A DNA stretch of 62,097 bases, filler included, from Acidimicrobiia bacterium (GCA_046759765.1; 6 parts of 6 records of this genome joined end to end with filler, not necessarily neighbours in it); one strand, 5' to 3'. Positions 31,409 to 41,071 are shown, numbered from the whole stretch's first letter. Translations and numbers: made by a program. The notes: generated by a model from the letters alone, not told the origin.

Positions 31409-31885
31409 AGCTCCTCACCGGTGGAGGTCCTTGCCTTCTGGCTGATCCAAGGAGCCAGTGGAAATGTTGAGGCAGCCTCCTCGGTCGTGGCGGCGGACGT
31501 GGCATGGGTCGGCTTCGGTGCCTCCCCAGACGTCTTTGTGGAGGGCTCGGAACCCTACGGCGTCTCCGACGTCGAGATGGCATGCAGCTCCGATGACACG
31601 TTGGCGGTCTGTGAAATGACCTTTAGTGACCTCTGGATCGCTGCCATTCCCGAGCTTGAGCGTGGTGGATTCAACGTTCAAGCCGAAGTCGTCGCCGGCA
31701 TGATTGTGGCCTTCCAGACTCTCTCCCTCCATGGCGACACGGCGGCGGCTTTCTTCAGCCATACGGCGTGGCTCGAGGCCGAACAACCGGAGCAACTCGA
31801 GCAGGCATGCGCTTCGGATCCGGCCGCGAAGGCCTGCAGCGAGCTATACGTCAACACCGTGGAAGACTGGGTGGCGAGCCGGTAA
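31409..31885 (+). CDS. Hypothetical protein (probably 5' truncated); its stop codon lies inside the tRNA-derived repeat
   Basis: Open frame from contig start to TAA at 31883-31885; paired cysteines. Confidence 0.6.
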   Translation, partial: SSSPVEVLAFWLIQGASGNVEAASSVVAADVAWVGFGASPDVFVEGSEPYGVSDVEMACSSDDTLAVCEMTFSDLWIAAIPELERGGFNVQAEVVAGMIVAFQTLSLHGDTAAAFFSHTAWLEAEQPEQLEQACASDPAAKACSELYVNTVEDWVASR

Positions 31886-31914
31886 CGCCGATTCGAATCC
31901 GGTCGGGGCCACCA
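31878..31914 (+). repeat. tRNA-Glu-like 3' half (att-like remnant), copy 1
   Basis: GCCGGTAACGCCGATTCGAATCCGGTCGGGGCCACCA: variable loop, T-arm, acceptor strand and CCA, with no 5' half. Confidence 0.8.
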
Positions 31915-31974
31915 GGTGAAGTCGTTAGCTTCGTGAGCGGCTAGAGACGCCGACACAGCCGCGTGCCAGCGGCT

Positions 31975-33807
31975 TCACTCCCGCTGCCGTAGGACCTCCG
32001 TCAACCTGGGCACCGCTCTCTTGACATCGTCGACTATGCCAAAGTGAGCGAACCTGAAGATCGGTGCTTCGGGGTCCCGGTTGATCGCCACCACCGTATC
32101 TGCCGCCCGAAATCCGACCACGTGCTGAAGCGCTCCGGAGATTCCGCACGCTACGTAGAGATCGGGACCTACCGTGAGGCCCGTCTGACCGATCTGGAGG
32201 GAACGGGGAGCGAGACCGGCCTCGACAGCGCCGCGTGAAGCCGCTACGTGACCTCCCAGTGTGTCGGCGAGGGTCTCCACCATCTGCCAGTTGGCCTGGC
32301 TACAACCCGCGCCGCCGGCCACGATCACCTTGGCATCGACGAGGCTGATGGCGCTCCGTTCGATCCTGCGATCCCTTACCTGCACGGCAAGGTCCGTCTC
32401 GCTGAGCGCGACTGACATCGACACCCGCCGGGCCTTCCGCGGGCTGGGAACGGGCATGAATACTCCGGGTCGCACGGTGGCCATCTGCGGGCGTCTCTCG
32501 GGACAGACGCAGGTGGCGTTGACTCCACCGGACATGGCCGGACGGATCTGATGAAGTAGTGCCCTGTGCTCTCTCCCGGCTCTCGTCCAGTCGGAGACGG
32601 CGAGATCGGTGCAGTCGGCGGCCAGACCCGTTCCGAGCCGTGCTGCCAATCGGGCGGCAAGCTCCCGTCCGGTGGTGGTTGCCGGCAGGAGTAACACCTC
32701 CGGGTTCCAATTGGAAATCGCCTCGCTGAGGACGCGGGTATGCGGGAGGCAACGGAAGGGCGTCAGCTGTGGATCGGACACCTCGAGTACGACATCGGCC
32801 CCAAAGGTTGCTGCTTCAGCCGCAGCTCTCTCCACGTCTTCACCGGCCAGGAAGGCGGCAACTCCTTCTCCCAAGGCCGGGGCGAGTTCAGTCGCCTTGG
32901 AGAGCAGCTCGGCTGATGCTCTGGTGAGGAGTCCGTCTTGGGTTTCCCCAACAACCCAGACGCTCGGCTCCCCCGAGAAAGGCGGGGCGGGTTCGGTGTC
33001 ACTGCTCACTTCTGAGACCAGGGGCGCGCTGGCGGCCATGAGAGCGCTTGTCTCTATAAGCTCGCCCACCAGATCCTCATATGTGAACTCCTCGCCGACG
33101 TATCTGCAGCGGATGTCGGGGAGTGGAATCAGCTCCATCCGAGCTACCTTGGTGGGTGAGGCCTCGAGGCCCACCTGGTGTTTCCCGAGACCGAGATCGC
33201 TTGCCTTCAGAACGTCGACCTCTGCCGACGCAGCCCAGCGTCGACCCGCGAGTGTCGGGTATCGGGGAGAAAAACCCGTCTCTCCGACCGTGGCCAGTGC
33301 CGGCAGGGGCATCTCGACCAGCTCAAAGCCTCCTTCGACGACCCGACGGGCGACGAGCGTCCCGGCTTCGCGCCACAGGTCCTCACACCCGGAGACATGC
33401 GGGATTCCCAACCTTTCTGCGACCTGCGGACCCACCTGCCCAGTTTCTCCGTCCAAGGTGTTCGTACCGCAGAGGATCAGGTCCGCTTCACCGATCGTGC
33501 GGATCGCGGCCGCCAGGACGTTGGCAGTGGCCCAGGTGTCGGAACCGGCCACCGCCGGGTCCGAAATGAGGATGGCATGGTCCGCTCCCAGCTCCAGCGC
33601 CTCTCGCAGCGCTGCCTCCGCCTGGCGGGGACCCATAGAGACCGCCCAGCTCTCGTCAGCAAGGCGTAGTGCGGCCTCGAGGGCATGGAGGTCCACAGGA
33701 TTGGTAATGGCCTTGGCGGAACGGCGATCGATGGTGCCGTCCCGCTTGGTTCGCACTGTCCCGGCCCTCACATCGGGGACCTGCTTGATCAATACAACCG
33801 CTCGCAT
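31975..33807 (-). CDS. Electron transfer flavoprotein beta/alpha fusion protein
   Basis: N-half LIKQVPD, NPVDLHALEAAL, GSDTWATA, DGETGQVG (EtfB); C-half GLAADCT, QMATVRP, QIGQTG, GISGALQH, AINRDPEAPIF (EtfA). Confidence 0.9.
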   Translation of the reverse strand: MRAVVLIKQVPDVRAGTVRTKRDGTIDRRSAKAITNPVDLHALEAALRLADESWAVSMGPRQAEAALREALELGADHAILISDPAVAGSDTWATANVLAAAIRTIGEADLILCGTNTLDGETGQVGPQVAERLGIPHVSGCEDLWREAGTLVARRVVEGGFELVEMPLPALATVGETGFSPRYPTLAGRRWAASAEVDVLKASDLGLGKHQVGLEASPTKVARMELIPLPDIRCRYVGEEFTYEDLVGELIETSALMAASAPLVSEVSSDTEPAPPFSGEPSVWVVGETQDGLLTRASAELLSKATELAPALGEGVAAFLAGEDVERAAAEAATFGADVVLEVSDPQLTPFRCLPHTRVLSEAISNWNPEVLLLPATTTGRELAARLAARLGTGLAADCTDLAVSDWTRAGREHRALLHQIRPAMSGGVNATCVCPERRPQMATVRPGVFMPVPSPRKARRVSMSVALSETDLAVQVRDRRIERSAISLVDAKVIVAGGAGCSQANWQMVETLADTLGGHVAASRGAVEAGLAPRSLQIGQTGLTVGPDLYVACGISGALQHVVGFRAADTVVAINRDPEAPIFRFAHFGIVDDVKRAVPRLTEVLRQRE

Positions 33808-33912
33808 AGCCAGCGACGGAAACGTACACCGAGAGAACATCCACCGATCGGGCCATACGCCTCTGGGCGGACGGACCCTCGTCACTCACTCTGGACACGA
33901 CAGGAGGTCGTT

Positions 33913-34143
33913 GTGCGAGTCGACGAACTAATCCGAATACTCGAGACGTACCCCCGCACCGTGAACGTGACCGTTTCGTGCGCGCCTGGGGAGAGGCTCG
34001 AGATCGCAGGTCACACGGCCTCCTTGGAGCATGATGGTGGCGAGCTCTGTCAGCCGTGCGAGGCGATCCTCCTCGCCGGTGAAGCTTGGCATGGCCTCGA
34101 CCTCGACCGCGTTGCTGCCGAGGCCGACGGTCGCGCCGCCTGA
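33913..34143 (+). CDS. Small hypothetical protein (76 aa) with CxxC
   Basis: AGGAGG RBS at 33902, GTG start, CQPC motif. Confidence 0.55.
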   Translation: MRVDELIRILETYPRTVNVTVSCAPGERLEIAGHTASLEHDGGELCQPCEAILLAGEAWHGLDLDRVAAEADGRAA

Positions 34144-34244
34144 AAATTCAGCCGGATTCGACAAGGTTGCGGAGTTCGGCCTTCGAACCGACTGATGTCT
34201 CCATACGTCCGGATCGTCTTGGCCTGGCCGAGCTGGCAGTCCTA

Positions 34245-34321
34245 TAACGCCGGTCCCGGTCGGGCCCCTATGTGAAATCACTACTCAGAGGAGGTTTCTG
34301 TGTTCCTCGAGCGTGATCGTT
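34245..34321 (+). repeat. Degenerate tRNA-Glu 3' end repeat, copy 2
   Basis: TAACGCCGGT-CCCGGTCGGGCCCCTATGTGAAATCACT...TTTCTG; T-loop deleted, downstream similarity to copy 3. Confidence 0.6.
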
Positions 34322-34397
34322 CGTTGGCCTATCGGCGCCCACGGTCCCTCCGGTAGCTGTTTCGCGTACTGTCAGGTTTGCACGAAGGGAGCTGACC

Positions 34398-35036
34398 GTG
34401 ACCGTTGGAACCGACGAAACCTACCCAGCACGACTGACAATCGATTACCCCGATCGTGACCTGGACCGGGTGTCGACGCTGCTGCGTCTCATCTATGTCA
34501 TCCCAATCGCGATCGTCATCGGCCTTGTTGGAGGGTCCACCTTCAGCGACACGGTCAGTGAGAGCGGAGGCAGCATCGGTTTTACGGGCGGCGGGCTGCT
34601 GGTGGCGCCTGTGCTCCTGATGATCCTGTTCCGGCAGAAGTACCCGCGGTGGTGGTTCGACTTCAACCTCCAGCTGGCCCGCTTCTCGACCAGGGTGGTC
34701 TCCTATGTGGGCCTGATGTCGGACAAGTACCCGTCCACCGACGAGGAGCAGTCCGTTCACTTGGACCTCGACTATCCAGACGTGGAGCAGGATCTCAACC
34801 GCTGGATGCCGTTGGTGAAGTGGCTGCTCGCCGTTCCCCACTACATCATCCTCTTTTTCCTGGCCATCGCAGCAGTCGTGGTCGTGATCGTCGCCTGGTT
34901 TGCCATACTCTTTACTGGCCGTTATCCCAGGACCATCTTTGACTTCGTAGAAGGTGTCCTGCGGTGGGCGCTTCGCGTTGAGGCCTACGCGTTGCTCCTT
35001 GTCACCGATCGTTATCCACCCTTCTCGCTCGCCTGA
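34398..35036 (+). CDS. DUF4389 family membrane protein
   Basis: Duplicated motif LFRQKYPRWWFDF / LFTGRYPRTIFDF, TDRYPPFSL. Confidence 0.9.
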   Translation: MTVGTDETYPARLTIDYPDRDLDRVSTLLRLIYVIPIAIVIGLVGGSTFSDTVSESGGSIGFTGGGLLVAPVLLMILFRQKYPRWWFDFNLQLARFSTRVVSYVGLMSDKYPSTDEEQSVHLDLDYPDVEQDLNRWMPLVKWLLAVPHYIILFFLAIAAVVVVIVAWFAILFTGRYPRTIFDFVEGVLRWALRVEAYALLLVTDRYPPFSLA

Positions 35037-35066
35037 CAGTCACGTCTCGCCGCAGGAGGGCGCGTA

Positions 35067-35150
35067 CCGGTAAGGCCGGTCCGAATCCGGTCGCGCCCAT
35101 CACGTGATATCACTGGACCGCGGGGATTTCTGCGCTCTTTGGCCGGTCGT
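35067..35150 (+). repeat. Degenerate tRNA-Glu 3' end repeat, copy 3
   Basis: CCGGTAAGGCCGGTCCGAATCCGGTCGCGCCCATCACGTGA matches copy 1 at 34/41 positions. Confidence 0.75.
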
Positions 35151-35305
35151 TATGGGCGGGCGCGCTACGCGCTAAGCATCGGCTGATTTCATGAAGTTCA
35201 AAGCACCCTGATCGTGTTGAGGAAATAACCTCGGGTAATCGAGCACGTCACGCTCCTCCGTGACGCCCGACCACCTCACTGACCCCCAATCGGCCCCCGG
35301 TCCGT

Positions 35306-35319
35306 GGGACCAAAGGGCC
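35306..35319. promoter_or_regulatory. DosR/DevR-like box upstream of nifJ
   Basis: GGGACCAAAGGGCC followed by TAA (11/14 to the core consensus), ~40 bp upstream of the ATG. Confidence 0.5.
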
Positions 35320-35359
35320 TAACGCGGCGTCGGTCTCCGTAGGACCATTAGCCAAACCC

Positions 35360-38300
35360 ATGAGCAAACTCATAGTCGACGGCAACGAAGCCGCCGCCCG
35401 GATCGCGTACGCGGCTAGCGAGGTCATCGCTATCTACCCGATCACACCCTCGTCACCGATGGGTGAGCTGGCAGACGAGTGGGCGGCACGCGGCAGGCCC
35501 AACGCCTGGGGTGCATTGCCCGAAGTCACCCAGATGCAGAGCGAGGGCGGCGCGGCGGGTGCCCTCCATGGTGCTCTCCAAGCGGGGGCTCTCGCTACCA
35601 CCTTCACTGCATCACAGGGCTTGCTTCTGATGATTCCCGACATGTACAAGATCGCCGGGGAGCTCACGCCGTTTGTGGCTCATGTGGCTGCTCGCACTGT
35701 GGCGACCCACGCTCTATCGATCTTCGGTGATCACAGCGATGTGATGGCGGTGCGGTCCACCGGATTCGGGATGTTGGCCTCCTCCTCAGTTCAAGAGGCA
35801 CAGGATCTGGCCGCCATTGCCCATGCGGCGACCCTTGAAACTCGCATACCGTTCGTCCACTTCTTCGACGGCTTTCGTACCTCGCACGAGATCAACCGGA
35901 TTGAGGCCCTCGACGATGACGATCTACGGACCCTGATCCGTAGAGGCGAGATCCGTTCGCACCGGGATCGGCGCCTCACCCCGGACCGACCCGTGTTGCG
36001 GGGAAGCGCCCAGAATCCGGACGTTTTCTTCCAGGCCCGGGAGGCCGCGTCGCCGTTCTATGCCGCTACCCCCGACTTGGTCCAAGAGGTCATGGACCGC
36101 TTCGGGGAGCTGACCGGCCGTAGCTACCACCTGTTCGACTATGTCGGTGCGCCAGACGCCGAGGTTGTGCTGGTACTGATGGGCTCCGGGATCGGTGCCG
36201 CCGAGGAGGCAGTCGCGTATCTCAATGAGACGGGAGCCAAAGTCGGCTTGCTGAAGGTCCGGCTGTTTCGACCCTTCTCACCCGGAGCGCTGGTCGGCGC
36301 GCTTCCTGCCACGGTATGCAAGCTGGCGGTCCTCGATCGGACCAAGGAACCGGGAGCACCGGGCGAGCCCCTCTATCAGGACGTCGTTGCGTCGCTCGTC
36401 GAGGAAGTCCAGGCCGGTACTGCTGCCTTTGGTGGGATGCCTCAGGTGATCGGAGGCCGGTATGGACTGTCCTCGAAGGAGTTCACGCCCGGGATGGTGG
36501 TCAGAATCTTCGAGGAGCTGTCCCGTGAGAAGCCGCGCCCCCATTTCACCGTCGGCATTCGGGACGACGTCAGTGGCTCGAGCCTGGACTACGACCCCAC
36601 CCTGTCGACTGAGACCGAGAGACGCCTCCAGGCCGTCTTCTACGGCCTGGGCTCGGACGGAACAGTCGGAGCGAACAAGAGCTCGGCCAAAATCATCGGC
36701 TCGTTCACCGACCTCTGGGTGCAGGCGTATTTCGTGTACGACTCACGCAAGGCAGGCGCCCGGACAGTCTCCCATCTGCGGTTCGCGACCGAGCCGATCA
36801 GCTCGACCTATCTGATAAGAGAGGCTGACTTCGTTGCCTGCCACCAGTTCGACTTCATCGACGACGAGCACATCCTCGCTCGGGCAGCCCCAGGTGCCAT
36901 CTTCCTCCTGAACAGCCCGCACCCCGCTGATCAGGTGTGGGACCAACTGCCCGCGGCGATCCAGGCCCAGATCATTGCCAGGAGTCTCCGCTTCTTCGTA
37001 GTCGACGCAGCCAGGGTTGCGCGGGAGGCAGGCCTTGGCGGCCGGATCAACACTGTCATGCAGACCTGCTTCTTTGCGCTCACCGACTTGATCCCCTTCA
37101 AGGAGGCCATCGCTGCCATCAAGAGCCAGATCGAAGTGGCCTATCGACGGTTCGGTCCGACCGTTGTCGAGCGGAATCACCGCGCGGTCGAGGAGGCTGC
37201 CGAGACCCTCTCTGAGGTGGAGGTACCGGAGCGTGTTACAGCCACGCATCAACTTCGAACCCAAGTGCCCGAAAGCGCACCCGACTTCGTCCAACGCGTG
37301 ACGGTCACTCTCCTCGAAGGAAAGGGAGACTTGCTTCCGGTGAGCGCGCTGCCGGTCGATGGGACCTTCCCGACCGGAACGGCTCGCCTCGAGAAGAGGG
37401 GCCTGGCAGAGGAGATTCCTATCTGGGACGCCGAGATCTGCATTGACTGCGGCAAGTGCGCCCTGGTGTGTCCGCACGCCGCGATCCGGATGAAGGTGTA
37501 CGAGCCCGCCTGGTTGGAGAAAGCACCGGCGGGCTTCCTCTCTAAAGAATTCAAGTGGCGAGATCGCCCCGGCCAGGTCATGACGATTCAGGTAGCCCCT
37601 GACGACTGCACCGGATGCGGGGTCTGCGTCGACGTGTGCCCCGCCATGTCCAAGGAGATCGCCCGGCACAAGTCGATCAACATGGAGCCCCGGGAACCGC
37701 ACCTGGCTACCGAGCGCGAGCGCTTCGACTTCTTCTTGACGATCCCCGAAGTGGACCGCACAGCACTCAACGTCGCCACCGTTAAAACATCGCAGATGCT
37801 CGATCCACTCTTCGAGTTCTCTAGTGCCTGCGCCGGTTGCGGCGAGACGCCATATCTCAAGCTGCTGACCCAGCTCTTCGGTGACCGGATTCTGGTCGCC
37901 AACGCCACCGGTTGCTCGTCGATCTACGGGGGCAATCTCCCCACCACCCCCTGGTCGGCTAACCGAGACGGCAGAGGCCCGGCATGGTCCAACAGCCTCT
38001 TCGAGGACAATGCCGAGTTCGGCCTGGGGATGCGGCTCGGTCTGGACCGCCAACACGACTATGCGGTGAGGCTGCTCGAGACCCTGCGCGACGAGGTAGG
38101 ACCCGATCTCGTGGAGGCCCTGATGGCCGCGGATCAGTCGGATGAGGCGGGGATCGCGGCTCAGCGGGACCGGGTGGCAGCGCTGAAGGAGCGGCTCGTC
38201 GATCTGGAATCGGAAGATGCCTCGGATCTCCTGACCCTCGCCGACATTATGGTCCGTAAGTCCGTCTGGATCGTGGGCGGCGACGGCTGGGCGTATGACA

Positions 38301-38932
38301 TCGGTTTTGGTGGTCTCGACCACGTCCTGGCCTCAGGACGAGACGTCAACCTCCTCGTGTTAGACACAGAGGTGTACTCGAACACCGGAGGCCAGGCCTC
38401 GAAGTCGACACCCCGGGCGGCGGTGGCGAAGTTCGCGGCTGCTGGCAAGGCGATCCGCAAGAAGGACCTGGGTCTCATCGCCGCGGCCTACGGAGACGTC
38501 TACGTCGCCCAGGTGGCGGTTGGAGCCAACAACACCCAGACGGTCAAGGCGTTCACTGAGGCCGAGAGCTACCGGGGACCGTCCCTGCTTCTCGCCTACA
38601 GCCAGTGCATCGCCCACGGCATCGATATGGCCACTGGCATGACTCATCAAAAAGAAGCCGTCGAGTCGGGCTACTGGCCTCTATACCGCTACGACCCGCG
38701 ACACGCTGTAGCAGGCGACCATCCTTTCCACCTCGATTCGCGCTCGCCCTCGAAGCCCTTCAAGGACTTTGCCCAGAAAGAGGCCCGTTTCGCCATGCTC
38801 CAGACGGCCAACCCCGAGAAGGCGGATGAACTGATCGCCCTGGCACAAGAAGACATCGACGAACGCTGGCGCTACTACACGCAAATCACCGACGTGGAAA
38901 GGATCGTTCCCGACGAGGAGGTGACCGGATGA
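35360..38932 (+). CDS. nifJ: Pyruvate:ferredoxin (flavodoxin) oxidoreductase
   Basis: DGNEAAA, YPITPSS, QSEGGAAG, two CxxCxxCxxxCP ferredoxin motifs, ACAGCGET, GGDGWAYDIG, YSNTGGQ. Confidence 0.97.
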   Translation: MSKLIVDGNEAAARIAYAASEVIAIYPITPSSPMGELADEWAARGRPNAWGALPEVTQMQSEGGAAGALHGALQAGALATTFTASQGLLLMIPDMYKIAGELTPFVAHVAARTVATHALSIFGDHSDVMAVRSTGFGMLASSSVQEAQDLAAIAHAATLETRIPFVHFFDGFRTSHEINRIEALDDDDLRTLIRRGEIRSHRDRRLTPDRPVLRGSAQNPDVFFQAREAASPFYAATPDLVQEVMDRFGELTGRSYHLFDYVGAPDAEVVLVLMGSGIGAAEEAVAYLNETGAKVGLLKVRLFRPFSPGALVGALPATVCKLAVLDRTKEPGAPGEPLYQDVVASLVEEVQAGTAAFGGMPQVIGGRYGLSSKEFTPGMVVRIFEELSREKPRPHFTVGIRDDVSGSSLDYDPTLSTETERRLQAVFYGLGSDGTVGANKSSAKIIGSFTDLWVQAYFVYDSRKAGARTVSHLRFATEPISSTYLIREADFVACHQFDFIDDEHILARAAPGAIFLLNSPHPADQVWDQLPAAIQAQIIARSLRFFVVDAARVAREAGLGGRINTVMQTCFFALTDLIPFKEAIAAIKSQIEVAYRRFGPTVVERNHRAVEEAAETLSEVEVPERVTATHQLRTQVPESAPDFVQRVTVTLLEGKGDLLPVSALPVDGTFPTGTARLEKRGLAEEIPIWDAEICIDCGKCALVCPHAAIRMKVYEPAWLEKAPAGFLSKEFKWRDRPGQVMTIQVAPDDCTGCGVCVDVCPAMSKEIARHKSINMEPREPHLATERERFDFFLTIPEVDRTALNVATVKTSQMLDPLFEFSSACAGCGETPYLKLLTQLFGDRILVANATGCSSIYGGNLPTTPWSANRDGRGPAWSNSLFEDNAEFGLGMRLGLDRQHDYAVRLLETLRDEVGPDLVEALMAADQSDEAGIAAQRDRVAALKERLVDLESEDASDLLTLADIMVRKSVWIVGGDGWAYDIGFGGLDHVLASGRDVNLLVLDTEVYSNTGGQASKSTPRAAVAKFAAAGKAIRKKDLGLIAAAYGDVYVAQVAVGANNTQTVKAFTEAESYRGPSLLLAYSQCIAHGIDMATGMTHQKEAVESGYWPLYRYDPRHAVAGDHPFHLDSRSPSKPFKDFAQKEARFAMLQTANPEKADELIALAQEDIDERWRYYTQITDVERIVPDEEVTG

Positions 38933-39936
38933 GTGACCTGCGGACCACTTACTTGGGCCTCGATCTGGCGAATCCGATTGTGCCCTCGGCCTCGCCTCTA
39001 GGTGGGCACCCCGACACCGCTCGCAGACTCGAGGCGGCGGGAGCGTCGGCCCTCGTCCTGCCGTCCCTGTTCGAAGAGGAGATCGACCGAGAAGCTCTCA
39101 ACGTGCAGTCGCTGGCCCATCACGCTTCGGAGAGCTATGGCGAGGCGGCCTCGGGCTACTTCCCCAGCATGCCGAGCTATGCCACCGGGCCCGACAACTA
39201 CTTGCGTCATGTCGAAGACCTAAAGCGCCAGCTGTCGATCCCGGTGATCGCCAGCCTCAACGGGACCACAGTCGGGGGGTGGACCCGCTACGCCAAGCTC
39301 GTCGAAGAGGCGGGGGCGGACGCTCTTGAGCTCAACGTCTATCTCTTGGCCACCGACCCCGAAGCCGACTCGCAGCAAGTCGAACGTCGCTACCTCGAGC
39401 TTGTGGCGGCGGTTCGGGCCTCAACTTCGCTCCCGCTGGCAGTCAAAGTCGGGCCCTACTTCAGCTCGATTCCATCAATGGCCCGGGCGCTGGTCGACGT
39501 CGGAGCAGACGGACTCGTTCTCTTCAACCGTTTCTATCAGCCGGACATCGACCTCGATGACATGGCTGTCCTGCCGAGCCTGCATCTCTCGAGCTCGAAC
39601 GAGCTGCTCGTGCCGTTGCGTTGGATCGCCATCCTGTCAGGACGCGTCAACGCGTCGTTGGCCGCAACCACAGGGATCCACACGGCCGAGGATGTTGTCA
39701 AGGCGCTGCTTGTCGGCGCAGATGTAGCAATGATGGCGTCGGCGCTACTGAAACGTGGTCCGGAGTACGCCACGACCGTTCTGGAGGGATTGGAGCGATG
39801 GCTGGAAGCCAACGAATATGAGTCGGTTTCCCAGATGAAGGGAAGCTTCAGCCACCGCCATTCCCCGGACCCTGGAGCCTACGAGAGAGCCAATTACGTG
39901 AGGGTTCTCGCCTCGTATACGTCCGAGTTCCGTTGA
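38929..39936 (+). CDS. Dihydroorotate dehydrogenase-like protein (PFOR-associated)
   Basis: DLRTTYLGLDLANP, SLFEE, LFNRFYQPDID, YERANY; ATGA overlap with nifJ. Confidence 0.9.
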   Translation: MSDLRTTYLGLDLANPIVPSASPLGGHPDTARRLEAAGASALVLPSLFEEEIDREALNVQSLAHHASESYGEAASGYFPSMPSYATGPDNYLRHVEDLKRQLSIPVIASLNGTTVGGWTRYAKLVEEAGADALELNVYLLATDPEADSQQVERRYLELVAAVRASTSLPLAVKVGPYFSSIPSMARALVDVGADGLVLFNRFYQPDIDLDDMAVLPSLHLSSSNELLVPLRWIAILSGRVNASLAATTGIHTAEDVVKALLVGADVAMMASALLKRGPEYATTVLEGLERWLEANEYESVSQMKGSFSHRHSPDPGAYERANYVRVLASYTSEFR

Positions 39937-39957
39937 TCGAGCCTAGTGTCGTCAGAC

Positions 39958-40452
39958 ATGGCGAGATGGCTGTCGGCTATCGCTGTCCTTGCTCTTGTAG
40001 TCGGTGCATGTGGCGGCGGTGATAAGGCCGAAACCGGGGCTGCAGCGGAGACTGAGGCCGACGACGACGCAGGACCCGAGACCGAAAGTGAGGCTGGCGG
40101 GACCACAGTGCCCGTAACCGAGGCTGACGAAGAGGACGCCGAAGCGCCATCAGAGGCCGATGAGGAAGCCTGGTGCCTCGACAATCCCAACGAAGTCTGG
40201 GACCTCGCGGAGGAGCAGGGCATTATCGGCCCGGTCGGTGCCTACTACGACCTCCAGGGAGGAGGTCTGGACGCTTTCGGGGAAGCCGATCGACAATCCG
40301 GAGAACCGGCAACTCAGCGACGAGATGCGCCGACGTAATGTCGAAGACAACGCCGCATTCCTGGACGACCTGCACACAATTACCTCGAGCATGAAGCCGG
40401 CCAGTTGGCCTGCAGTCTGGCTTTCGCCCAGTCAGTGTTAACAGACAGCTGA
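39958..40452 (+). pseudogene. Acidic lipoprotein, apparently disrupted by two compensating frameshifts
   Basis: Lipobox VVGAC; sense continues +1 at GGGG 40279-40282 (KPIDNPENRQLSDEM...) and returns to the original frame at ~40380 (YLEHEAGQLACSLAF). Confidence 0.5.
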
Positions 40453-40489
40453 GCCACTCAGCGATCGTTGCCTTTTGATTGAGCCTTTG

Positions 40490-41011
40490 ATGACCCCGCC
40501 CATTAGACGTATCAGCCCTGCCGATGGGGCTGCTTTACGCGAGGTCCGCCTCCGAGCGCTGAAGACAGATCCCGACGCCTTCGAATCGACTTACGCGGAG
40601 GAAGCGGCTAAGCCCGCCGACGCCTGGGATCGGTGGGCCGAGGCGTCGGCCACAGGAGAACGCGCCTGTCTCTTTGTCGCCGACGACGACGGCGTGTTCG
40701 GCGCCATGGCCGGGGCCTACACGCCGGACAAGACCCCGCTAACTCACCGGCTCATCGCCATGTGGGTGGCGCCCGGGCTACGCAAGCAGGGGATTGGCGG
40801 AGCGTTGACGAGCTCGATCCTCCGGTGGAGTGCAGAGAGCGGGGCGGCCGAGGTCACGCTGTGGGTTGTTGACCTCGATGGACCGGCGCGTCGCCTTTAC
40901 GAGCGGGCTGGGTTTTCCCTCACCGAGATCGAGCAGGCGCTGGGCTCGAATCCGAGGCTGACGAAGAGGCTTGTGCGGCGTTCCATAACGGCCCACACCG
41001 ATCCCGTTTAG
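40490..41011 (+). CDS. GNAT family N-acetyltransferase
   Basis: REVRLRAL, MWVAPGLRKQGIG, ARRLYERAGF. Confidence 0.93.
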   Translation: MTPPIRRISPADGAALREVRLRALKTDPDAFESTYAEEAAKPADAWDRWAEASATGERACLFVADDDGVFGAMAGAYTPDKTPLTHRLIAMWVAPGLRKQGIGGALTSSILRWSAESGAAEVTLWVVDLDGPARRLYERAGFSLTEIEQALGSNPRLTKRLVRRSITAHTDPV

Positions 41012-41032
41012 CTCCCAACAAGGGTCTGTTTC

Positions 41033-41071
41033 TTGTCGCTGGCTTCTTGTATGATCGAACATATGTTCGAT
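41033..41071 (+). promoter_or_regulatory. DNA-damage promoter: RecA-NDp/PafBC-like motif plus LexA SOS box
   Basis: TTGTCGCTG-8nt-TATGAT (41033-41055) immediately followed by the perfect TCGAAC-ATAT-GTTCGA (41055-41070). Confidence 0.8.

Noticed and set aside
31878..31914. Possible functional tRNA gene (also 51872-51920)
   Set aside because: 5' acceptor strand and D-arm are absent; treated as att-like fragments
31878..35150. Repeats considered as a CRISPR array
   Set aside because: Separated by 0.8-2.4 kb of genes, degenerate, tRNA-derived, no cas genes; no CRISPR array seen anywhere in the window
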